Positions 56,145 to 63,987 of a DNA stretch of 64,000 nt are shown here, in pieces. The first letter of the stretch is position 1. Every line of letters starts with the position of its first letter. Both the position numbers and the translations under genes were made by a program. The DNA is from an uncultured Clostridia bacterium. GTDB lineage: Bacteria; Bacillota; Clostridia; TANB77; CAG-508. The stretch covers positions 8 through 64,007 of the forward strand of contig CALXPS010000004.1 in the NCBI GenBank assembly GCA_944390405.1, given 5' to 3'. The notes beneath the pieces are model-generated. The model was not told the origin of the DNA. It was given only the letters and a program-made list of their open reading frames with translations, and did no database searches.

Positions 56145-57900
56145 TTATATTGACTTTTCATATAAGTCTATTATATATTTGCGTAAAATTATTTTTGTTG
56201 GTATACACTGCATTTCATCTATTTTTTCAAAATCTCCTGTACTATTGAAATTCCTTGATGGACACCCTCCTGCACATACGTATTTTGCAAAACAATTTTC
56301 ACATTTTGTATTTTTTGCTTTATCATCCACATATGAATCAAACTTAGCATTTAACCAGCTTTCTATATTTGTATCTTCTATTATAAATTTATTTGCCAAT
56401 GGGTTGTCTTTGTTTTGTACACCTAAACATGATGAGAATACACCATCATATGTAACTGCTAATTTATTTTTGCCGTACTCCATCGCAAAACATATATGAA
56501 GGAGATAATGCATTCATAACTGTTGAAGATATTATTGATACATTTTTTTCTCTTGCATAATCAATTGCTTCTACCAATTTTTCACTATATTCTTCAGGAC
56601 TTGGTCTTTCTAATATTTGTTCATTTTCTTTTGCTCTTCCTCCCATTGTTATTGGTTCAAAATGTATTATATTTACTCCTAATTTTTTTAAATAGTCTAT
56701 TGTTTCTTTAAATTCAAATATCATTGGTCTAGTTATTGTCATTCTCACTATTACTGATACCTCTCTTGCGGTTAAATCTTTTATGGTTTGTTCTATTATA
56801 TGTGATGTTCCTGTATTAGCTGGTGTAACTCTTTGTTTGTCTTGAAATTTAGGTAATCCATCCATTGATATTGTTACTGTAAAATTATTCTCTACTAAAA
56901 TATTTTTTATATTTTCATTAAATACTCCATTACTGGTAATTCCAAACGATACTTTATATTCTTTTAATTCATGCCTTGCCTTTTCCATTGAATATTTTAT
57001 TAATTCTGGATATAATGTAGGTTCTCCGCCAAAGAATGTTATAAATACTTCTTTCTTGTTTTTTACTTTTGCCAGTTTTCCTACAGCTTTTATTGCAGAA
57101 TCTATATCTTCTTTTTTTATTATTTTTTTGCAAAAGTTTTTTTCTCCAACAAAGCAATATTTGCACCTTAAATTACAATCATTTGTTAATGAAATTACTA
57201 ATTCTACATAGTCATTATAATCTCCTGGGCAACTTTTTGGTGTTCCTAACATGTTTTGTTCTTTTAAAAATTCTGTCATTTTTTCTTTGTTAAACTCATT
57301 TTTATTAATTGCAACAATTTTTCCATTATAATACGAAAAAATTATATATTTGCCTTTATGTTCTACTACTGGTAGTCCATCAAATATAAACTCTTCCATT
57401 TTCATTCCTCCCCCTATTTGTATATCATATTTGCAAATACTAATTATTATTCCTATTATTGCAAAAAAATCTGATAAAAATATTAAATAAGCTCCTGTTA
57501 AAAAGTCATATATGCACCATAGTAAACGGCTTATAATAGTTAGTTTCCTTATGTTTTTCATCTTATTATTTGTTATTGTGAATATAAAAATTAAATTGCA
57601 AAGTGTTGGGAAAATACTTATTAAATTTTCATATGTAATAATTCCTATTAATATTGTTAAAATGCTAAATAATATTACTTTGGGTTTTATATTTTTATTA
57701 TTTGATATAGAAATTGTTTGAACAGCAATAACTAAACAGGTTATTCCGCCTGTTATTGCACCTATTAGAATAAAATTAACTGAAAAAAATAAATAAGATA
57801 GAGTGTATGTATATAATAGTTGTTTTTTTTCTTTTATTTGTGTTGATATAAATGTAATAATTGCAGCAATAAAGCCAAATGCATATGCAATGTAATTCAT
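56145..57900 (-). pseudogene. Radical SAM/SPASM-domain maturase fused in frame to an N-terminal polytopic membrane domain; reading frame broken between the rSAM core and SPASM domain
   Basis: Residues 1-165 form about five TM helices. An internal GGGGGAGG RBS precedes the ATG at 57399. CNLRCKYC is the CxxxCxxC cluster. The separate ORF 56145-56513 carries SPASM cysteines (ICFA...YDGVFSSC...CENC...CAGGCPS). The two ORFs overlap in different frames at 56464-56513. Confidence 0.7.
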
Positions 57901-57916
57901 ACTTATAAACCCTCTT

Positions 57917-58672
57917 TTATAAATTTTGTATGTTCATAAGCTTAATATAATTACATTGTATGCAACTTGGCTTCAATAAATGTTCTATACTACATAAATT
58001 AATACACATATTAATTGTAATAAACTTCCGAAGTACACATGCTAAGTGAAATACTGAATGCATCCATTTACGTTTTTTACCTATTCCATAAAATATTGCA
58101 CCTATGCTGTAGATTATTCCACCTAGTAATAACAAAGTAAATCCAGCAGTTCCTAGTGCTGCTATAATAACATCAACTCTTACTATTATACACCATCCCA
58201 TTACTAGATAGCATATCATTGAAAACTTTTTATATTTTTTTAAATCTATTGAATTTAATACTATTCCTAAAATTGCTAATCCCCATATTATTGCAAAAAT
58301 TAGCCAAGCTATATTGTGGTCGTATTCTCTTAATGTACATAGTGTAAATGGTGTATAGGTTCCTGCTATTAACAAAAATATTGAGCAATGGTCTATTACT
58401 TGAAATACTTTTTTCGCTTTTACAGTTGGTTTTAGTCCATGATATATACTAGACATTGTATATAATAGCAATAATGTTATTCCATATACAATACTAGAAG
58501 CTATGCCGTATCCGTTTCCATGTATGCTTGAAAATATAACACCTAATACAATAGCTACTATTCCAAGCGAAGCCCCTACTATATGAGATACCATATTAAA
58601 AATTTCTTCGCCTTTTGTATAAGTAGGTAAAATTCTATCTGCTAACCTAGTTCTTTTCATATAAGCTATCAT
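57917..58672 (-). CDS. Hemolysin III/PAQR-family membrane protein (C-terminus apparently frameshifted)
   Basis: Seven-TM Hly-III pattern (EEIFN..SH..G...., H...FHL). After FHLACVL the annotated frame gives an atypical 40-aa tail. Removing one C near 58029 restores GSLLQLICVLIYVV* with a stop at 57985. Confidence 0.75.
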   Translation of the reverse strand: MIAYMKRTRLADRILPTYTKGEEIFNMVSHIVGASLGIVAIVLGVIFSSIHGNGYGIASSIVYGITLLLLYTMSSIYHGLKPTVKAKKVFQVIDHCSIFLLIAGTYTPFTLCTLREYDHNIAWLIFAIIWGLAILGIVLNSIDLKKYKKFSMICYLVMGWCIIVRVDVIIAALGTAGFTLLLLGGIIYSIGAIFYGIGKKRKWMHSVFHLACVLRKFITINMCINLCSIEHLLKPSCIQCNYIKLMNIQNL

Positions 58673-58948
58673 CCCTTTCTTAAAGTTGTTATCAAATTCT
58701 TTTGCTTTATCTTATGTCTAAATATTATTTTCTATAACTGTAACTTTTTTCCTCCTTTATTACACATTTAGTATTAACATTTTTTATATTCTATATTCAA
58801 AAGGCTATTTTTTGTGGTTCTTATTCAACCTAATTAAAAAGCTGGTGCAAAACAACTTTACAAATGTTTCGCCCCAACTATTGACATTGAACCATTGCAT
58901 TATAAAAAACCTGAAATTGTTTAAATCACAACTCCAAGGTTTTTATAT

Positions 58949-58960
58949 TGGTGGGCAGGG
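58949..58960. repeat. 12-bp direct repeat identical to the tRNA 3' end (distal att-like site)
   Basis: TGGTGGGCAGGG recurs at 63976-63987. A further ACAACTCCA is shared 12 nt (left copy) and 3 nt (right copy) upstream. Confidence 0.65.
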
Positions 58961-59031
58961 TTGCATCGATGTATTTTCAATGCTTTCAAGTGATTTTATA
59001 CATATCTAATTTACTACATTTTATACGTTTT

Positions 59032-59104
59032 TTTACAATATTTAAGTTTAAAATTTATACAAGATATTTTAAAAATTACTTGTATTGCATTACTTATTGC
59101 ATTA
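59032..59104. repeat. Left copy of about 70-bp imperfect inverted repeat
   Basis: The reverse complement matches 63792-63861. The first 52 nt are 50/52 identical (TAATGCAATAAGTAATGCAAT[A/G]CAAGTAATTTTTAAAATAT[C/G]TTGTATAAAT), then about 20 nt with small indels. Confidence 0.8.
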
Positions 59105-59109
59105 CACAT

Positions 59110-59142
59110 TTTAAAAGAAGCAGGTCAAAATCTGCTTCTTTG
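59110..59142 (-). terminator. Terminator of the 169-aa gene
   Basis: AAGAAGCAG / CTGCTTCTT stem followed by TTTT on the minus strand. Confidence 0.6.
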
Positions 59143-59153
59143 TATTATAATTA

Positions 59154-59663
59154 TTACTCTGTATGTCCAATAACTTCTAAGTTTTCCGCATAAACTCTTA
59201 AAAATGGAACTGTAGTTTCATTTCCTAAAACAGCAGTATAAGTATAATTACCAAGAGATTCTCCTGTAAAAGAAATAATGTCGCCTTCCATTAAAATTTC
59301 ACTAGGAGTACCTATAAGTGAAATCTGAATACGGTCTGTATAATAAGTATAATATTCACCAGTTTTAGTCATGTTAACATGATAAAGATGGTCTTCAACT
59401 ACTTGAACTATTTCTCCAGTAATTTTATAAAAATTACCATTTAAAGTATTTGCTCCTTTATATAAACTTACATAGTCAATTGTTCTTGCACTTGATATTT
59501 GTTCAGAACTAGGTTTGTTTTTTAACAAATAATCATAATCAGTAGTAGATTTTCCATCTATATCAGGTTCAGTTGAGCTTGCTTTGATTAAAAATATTGC
59601 GACAATAATTATCACTATGATAAGTAGAAGTGAAATTAAACTAATTCCTTTTTGATTTTTCAT
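59154..59663 (-). CDS. Secreted/anchored protein with pilin-like N-terminal signal (MKNQKGISLI)
   Basis: KGISLI followed by a 20-aa hydrophobic helix. The first 20 nt are identical to the gene at 63346. Confidence 0.6.
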   Translation of the reverse strand: MKNQKGISLISLLLIIVIIIVAIFLIKASSTEPDIDGKSTTDYDYLLKNKPSSEQISSARTIDYVSLYKGANTLNGNFYKITGEIVQVVEDHLYHVNMTKTGEYYTYYTDRIQISLIGTPSEILMEGDIISFTGESLGNYTYTAVLGNETTVPFLRVYAENLEVIGHTE

Positions 59664-59679
59664 ATATTTTTCATCCCCT

Positions 59680-60063
59680 CTATAAATTATTCATTAATAT
59701 AAAATAATTAATAAACATCCATATAGCATCAATAATTCCAATTATTAAAGAACATCGACCAAATCCTAATGCTTTATTTTCGTATTGCCATATTGCTTTA
59801 TTCCAAGATTCATTATTTTCATTTGTTCCGATTGCTATTGCTCCAAAAACTATTGATAAAATTCCTAAAATAGGAAAAATAAAAATTGAAATTATGCCAA
59901 GTACATAACCAGCAATAGCTAATCCTTTATTGTTCTCTTGCATATAATTTCTTTTTGAATTATTTGAAATATATTTATTTTGAGATGTTATAGCTCCACA
60001 ATGTGGACAACTCTTTGCTTGGTCTGAATACTCTTTTCCGCATTCACTACATATTATTAACAT
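59680..60063 (-). CDS. Zinc-ribbon + two-TM membrane protein
   Basis: CSECG...CPHCG at the N-terminus, then hydrophobic segments (LAIAGYVLGIISIFIFPILGILSIVFGAIAI). Confidence 0.55.
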   Translation of the reverse strand: MLIICSECGKEYSDQAKSCPHCGAITSQNKYISNNSKRNYMQENNKGLAIAGYVLGIISIFIFPILGILSIVFGAIAIGTNENNESWNKAIWQYENKALGFGRCSLIIGIIDAIWMFINYFILMNNL

Positions 60064-60097
60064 ATCACACTACCCCTCTTTATGAATATTTTTACAA

Positions 60098-60529
60098 TTA
60101 TTTTATTGTGATTTTATACCCTGTATGGTCTTCATTAGTAAAAGTATATATTACATAGTCTAAGTTTTGCATCGCTGTAAAGGTAGCAGTATGTTTCCCA
60201 TCAGTCAGAGTAACAATTTCCACACCACCTGATTCAAACACAGAAGCCTTAAAATTAACATTACTATCTTTAAACCATTTGCCACCTGCATTTTTCACAT
60301 CTCTACCTAATGTGTTGAAGCTTGCTAAAGACAATGTTCCTGCTCCGCTGTATACTTCGCTTGTTGTAGCTGCCAATTTCAACTCATAATATTCAGTAGA
60401 AGGCATAGCACCCCATTCAAGATTTACTTTAGTCTTGCCTTGATTACTAAAAAAAATAACTATTGCAACAACAACTATCGCTATAATAATTATTAATGTT
60501 ATTATGGTAATTCCTTTATCATTTTTCAT
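60098..60529 (-). CDS. Secreted/anchored protein with pilin-like N-terminal signal (MKNDKGITII)
   Basis: Start at the ATG behind an AAGGAGGTGG RBS; KGITII followed by a hydrophobic helix. Confidence 0.6.
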   Translation of the reverse strand: MKNDKGITIITLIIIIAIVVVAIVIFFSNQGKTKVNLEWGAMPSTEYYELKLAATTSEVYSGAGTLSLASFNTLGRDVKNAGGKWFKDSNVNFKASVFESGGVEIVTLTDGKHTATFTAMQNLDYVIYTFTNEDHTGYKITIK

Positions 60530-60645
60530 TTGAATTTCCACCTCCTTTTATCTTCTGTGATATTCTGTCGAATTTTAGTATGTTATTTCTATTTTACAAA
60601 ATATTATCATACAAATATAATAAAATCAATACTTTTGTCTAAAAT

Positions 60646-60662
60646 GTAAACTATTAGTTTAC
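60646..60662. promoter_or_regulatory. Operator-like palindrome in divergent intergenic region
   Basis: GTAAAC-TATTA-GTTTAC perfect dyad between the broken XRE gene (+) and the 60529 gene (-). Confidence 0.3.
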
Positions 60663-60711
60663 GGCAAAATTTTTATTATTCCATTAAAATTATTTAATGA
60701 GGAGTTATTAG

Positions 60712-60947
60712 ATGAAAAGAGTTTATTTTAGTAAAAATATTTATAATAATATTAGAAATAATATATAACAAAATATAGAAGAAAAAAGGGGATAACATCT
60801 TCTGACCTTGCAACAGCAATAGGAATTACTGACGAATATATGAGAAGGTTAGAAAGTGAAAAATCAAATTGCGGATTCTCTTTTGAAACACTTTATAAAA
60901 TATCTGTTGCACTTGATGTTTCTATTGATATGTTAATAAAAAAATAA
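60712..60947 (+). pseudogene. XRE-family HTH gene, frameshifted
   Basis: MKRVYFSKNIYNNIRNNI* stops at 60766. The HTH part (KKGITSSDLATAIGITDEYMRRLESEK...LYKISVALDVSIDMLIKK*) continues in another frame from about 60762. Confidence 0.65.
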
Positions 60948-61168
60948 AAAACGATTAGGAATTATTTTATCTTAATCGTTTTTATAAAATCTATATTTAT
61001 AATTTTTCTAATTGTAAAAACTTTCGATTTTTTTAAAAAAGTAATACAAGTTGTTTAATATGTTTTTGGCTATTTTAAACCGCTTCTGCTATTTTTTTCT
61101 TCTTTTACATCTAGTTCCTTTTTTTCTTTTAGCTTCGTTGGAATATCAAATAAAAATGTTATTCCGCT

Positions 61169-61501
61169 CTATATGTTCTTTATCATCTCCGAATTTTCCA
61201 ATTTTGTCCGTAACATATCTACAATAATGTTAAAGGCTTTTAAATTTCCATTGAGGGCTTGTTGCACAACTGAACAAGATATAGCATTTTGAATACTAAA
61301 ATCATCTTCAATACCTAAGTCAAGCATTTTGCTTTTTAGTTTTATATCTTTTAAATCCATTGTCATTAATTCTTCTAAGTTTTCTTTTATATATTTTTTC
61401 CTTTTTCTTGCTTTACCACTTGCTAGCCCTGCTTTTTTTGCAATTTCTCTTTGTTCACTCTTGGTTCGTTTATTTAATGGTTTTAAGTTTTGTTCATTCA
61501 T
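61169..61501 (-). CDS. Phage-like small basic DNA-binding protein (terminase-small-subunit-like N-terminus)
   Basis: NLKPLNKRTKSEQREIAKKAGLASGKARKRKK resembles N-termini I associate with small phage packaging/regulatory proteins. Weak assignment. Confidence 0.3.
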   Translation of the reverse strand: MNEQNLKPLNKRTKSEQREIAKKAGLASGKARKRKKYIKENLEELMTMDLKDIKLKSKMLDLGIEDDFSIQNAISCSVVQQALNGNLKAFNIIVDMLRTKLENSEMIKNI

Positions 61502-61527
61502 GAATCCTCCCCCTTATATAAAATAAT

Positions 61528-61581
61528 CGTTACTTACCGTTGCAATGCGTTACATATAACAGTAAGTAACGAAAAGTAACG
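61528..61581. repeat. Four phased CGTTAC/GTAACG hexamers (operator/iteron-like)
   Basis: CGTTAC at 61528 and 61548; GTAACG at 61566 and 61576. Same-orientation copies are spaced 20 and 10 bp; overall dyad symmetry. Confidence 0.4.
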
Positions 61582-61586
61582 GTAAA

Positions 61587-62093
61587 TTGCTTTTAAGTAT
61601 CTTTTTTAATTTTGCTAGAAAAGCTATTAACTGTCCTCATAGACATATGACTTTTACCATTCATAAAGTTAAATCTCGAAATATTAAGTCTACTGTCAAG
61701 TACGTCATTCGTTATTCTGGTAAACCTGCTATGGCTCAATCTCGTATTCTTAATTATGATGGCGAATATGTCACTTTTTGGTATGACAGGCACGAAGACA
61801 ATCAAAGAGTTGAAGAAACTATCCATGCATATGATTTTATTAAAAGGCTTATTATCCATATTTATGATAAATATTTTAATGTAGTTAGATATTATGGGCT
61901 TTATGCTAAGAAACACATAAATTCTGATAAATTTATTCATATGCTTAAGCCTCATGTTGCTGAATTTAGAAAACAATTAAATAATTGGCGTTGTCGTATT
62001 GAATTATATTTTAAACATGACCCTTTACATTGTTCCTGTGGTCACACTTTTCACTTTGACTATCTTGTTCAAAAAGTGTATAATTCTTCTTGA
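61587..62093 (+). mobile_element. IS91-family (Y2/HUH rolling-circle) transposase, C-terminal fragment
   Basis: KYVIRYSGKPAMAQSRILNYDGEYVTFWYDRHEDN....ETIHAYDFIKRLIIHIYDKYFNVVRYYGLYA matches the conserved C-terminal half of IS91/IS801-type transposases. The N-terminal zinc-binding and HUH part is absent. Confidence 0.65.
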
Positions 62094-62116
62094 TTATATT
62101 TCTAGGGGGTATTATT

Positions 62117-62326
62117 TTGAATAGACCTAACAAAACTGAATTTATTTGTACAAAATGCAAAACTCATGAATTTATTCCTACTAATATTGTTTTGCAACTG
62201 GATGCGATGGATCCTGGGGATCCTTCATATCCTCCTATGTTCAATTGTGAAAAGTGTAATGGTTTAATGAAGCCTAAATATTTTGTTGGCTATACTGGTA
62301 TTGTCTATACCTATGATGGCAATTAA
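62117..62326 (+). CDS. Small zinc-ribbon protein
   Basis: CTKC...CEKC pairs. TTG start 7 nt after an AGGGGG RBS. Confidence 0.4.
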   Translation: MNRPNKTEFICTKCKTHEFIPTNIVLQLDAMDPGDPSYPPMFNCEKCNGLMKPKYFVGYTGIVYTYDGN

Positions 62327-62462
62327 CTTGTTTCCATATTTTTTTCGCCTTTTCATTAAGGTTATTTTTGTTGCTCTTTTTTATTCTTTGTTCTATATCC
62401 AATTTTGCGATTTTTCCTATACAATAAAAAAACAACCTAAAACGCTTAATTCTCTAAGCAAT

Positions 62463-63049
62463 TTAGGTTGTTCGTTTTTGGTGGACAGTTTTGTCCTTTA
62501 TGCGAACCTCCGCTTCTTCAATGGTTGGCACTTTACTACTAAACTCTTTGTCTTGTGTGTTGAAAAATATTGTTATGTTGTCATCATATAAGTAGATTTT
62601 ATTTATTAAAACATTTACAAGCATTTTTCTATATTTAATATTGTTTATATCTCCGCTTCTTATTTGTTTTAAGAAAAACCTAACTTGTGTTTCATCTAAG
62701 TCTAACTTTTTAGCTTTTTCTATTTGTATTTGATTTTCAATGTTTGTATGTTCTTCTTCGACTTTTACCATTCCTTCAAATATTGATTTTCTTACACTAT
62801 CAATATCACATAACTTTAAACTATTGAATAAATTTTCTTTTTGTTTTTCATTTTCCTGTAAAAGTTTATTAAGTTTTTCTAATTTAGTAGTATCTCTTTC
62901 TTTATCTGCAAGTTCTACTACTGTTTTAGATATTTTATCTATATTTTCATCTGTTAATATATTTCTAGCCTCTTCTACTACTAAATTTTCTATATATTCT
63001 TTTTGAACATTCTTCTTATTACATAGTTTTTTTCTTGATTTATTACAAG
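62463..63049 (-). pseudogene. Large serine recombinase, C-terminal fragment only
   Basis: The open frame reads ..SCNKSRKKLCNKKNVQKEYIENLVVEEARNILTDENIDKISK...coiled coil...FFLKQIRSGDINNIKYRKMLVNVLINKIYLYDDNITIFFN, the zinc-ribbon/coiled-coil/C-terminal part of LSRs. The catalytic resolvase and recombinase domains are missing. Confidence 0.6.
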
Positions 63050-63052
63050 AAA

Positions 63053-63262
63053 ATGGAAAAAATAAATGAAGATTTTAATGTTCCCTATTATATATTTGAA
63101 GAGATAGTACAATATGTAGAAGAAAGCGCAAAAGGTAGAAGCCGTTGTATGAAATGGGAAAATATAAAAGCACTACTAGGACTGGCTAAAGTAAATAATA
63201 GACTAACACAAGAACAAGTGGATTTATTAATAAAAGAATTTTGTAGAGAAAATAATAAATAA
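63053..63262 (+). CDS. Hypothetical small protein
   Basis: ORF only; start uncertain (the track starts at 63035); no motif. Confidence 0.3.
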   Translation: MEKINEDFNVPYYIFEEIVQYVEESAKGRSRCMKWENIKALLGLAKVNNRLTQEQVDLLIKEFCRENNK

Positions 63263-63345
63263 ACTATACATTAGAAAAATGTTTATGTTATAATAAGATA
63301 AACATTTAACAAAATATTACAAAAGAAAAAGGAGGTGAAAATCAA

Positions 63346-63735
63346 ATGAAAAATCAAAAAGGAATATCACTAATAATAGTTTTAATTATAATAGTAGTAT
63401 TATTAGCTGCAGTATTAATATTTAAGAGTATCTCTAAAAATGGTAATACAGAAAACACAAATAATAATTCTAGTACAGAAAGTAAAACTGAAAACAAGAA
63501 AAGTTCAGAAATAGTTGGTTCATGGGATAATGAAGGTTTTGTATATACATTTAATGCAGATGGTACTGTAACTCTTACAGGTAGAGGATTACATACACAA
63601 GAATTTACTTATAAAATAAAAGGCAACAAGATTTCTTTAACTAATGTTGAAAGCAATGCTACAATGGAACTAGAATACAGTATAAATGGCGATAAAATAA
63701 CTTTGGGAACTACGGTATGGACAAAAGTTAAATAG
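63346..63735 (+). CDS. Secreted/anchored protein with pilin-like N-terminal signal (MKNQKGISLI) and lipocalin-like small beta domain
   Basis: AAAGGAGGTG RBS; KGISLI followed by a hydrophobic helix. C-terminus GSWDNEGFVYTFNADGTVTLTG...YKIKGNKISL...YSINGDKITL is typical of small beta-barrel domains. Confidence 0.65.
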   Translation: MKNQKGISLIIVLIIIVVLLAAVLIFKSISKNGNTENTNNNSSTESKTENKKSSEIVGSWDNEGFVYTFNADGTVTLTGRGLHTQEFTYKIKGNKISLTNVESNATMELEYSINGDKITLGTTVWTKVK

Positions 63736-63748
63736 TATTAAATAAAAT

Positions 63749-63785
63749 TAAAGAAGTGGATATTGCATCTACTTCTTTTTCTATT
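63749..63785 (+). terminator. Terminator of the 129-aa gene
   Basis: AAAGAAGTGGAT / ATCTACTTCTTT stem followed by a T-run. Confidence 0.65.
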
Positions 63786-63791
63786 TAAAAA

Positions 63792-63861
63792 TAATGCAAT
63801 AAGTAATGCAATGCAAGTAATTTTTAAAATATGTTGTATAAATAACTTAATATATTGTAAA
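63792..63861. repeat. Right copy of about 70-bp imperfect inverted repeat
   Basis: See 59032-59104. Confidence 0.8.
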
Positions 63862-63975
63862 TATGTTAAATAAAAATAAAAACCTAGTATTTCTACTAGG
63901 TTTTTTCGTATCTATATAGGTATATATAATATAAAGCCACCTACATAGCATAGCGGAGTTCGTACAACTCCAGAC

Positions 63976-63987
63976 TGGTGGGCAGGG
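63976..63987. repeat. 12-bp direct repeat (tRNA-proximal att-like core)
   Basis: TGGTGGGCAGGG is the reverse complement of the acceptor 3' strand plus CCA of the tRNA. Confidence 0.65.

Larger units (their letters stand above)
58961..63975. mobile_element. Decayed integrated element (about 5.0 kb) at a tRNA 3' end
   Basis: Bounded by the 12-bp tRNA-derived direct repeat. Contains fragments of a large serine recombinase, an IS91-family transposase, a broken XRE gene, a phage-like small DNA-binding gene and small secreted/membrane cargo genes. No intact recombinase. Confidence 0.6.

Noticed and set aside
58812-59193. Plus-strand ORFs 58812-59009 and 58948-59193 spanning the att-like repeat and left inverted repeat
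   Set aside because: They cross non-coding landmarks (tRNA-derived repeat, inverted-repeat block, terminator) and lack an RBS. Likely spurious.
61593-61976. 127-aa minus-strand ORF, and the plus-strand ORFs 62283-62591 and 62740-63006
   Set aside because: They are antisense to the IS91 transposase fragment or the serine-recombinase fragment and have low-complexity products.
59032-63861. Phase-variable invertible segment (shufflon/invertase switch) driven by the 70-bp inverted repeats
   Set aside because: Not adopted as the primary reading. The only recombinase in the segment is a C-terminal fragment, and both repeat-adjacent genes lie inside the segment with their own RBS, so inversion would not obviously switch expression. 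Kept only as an alternative under the cassette finding.
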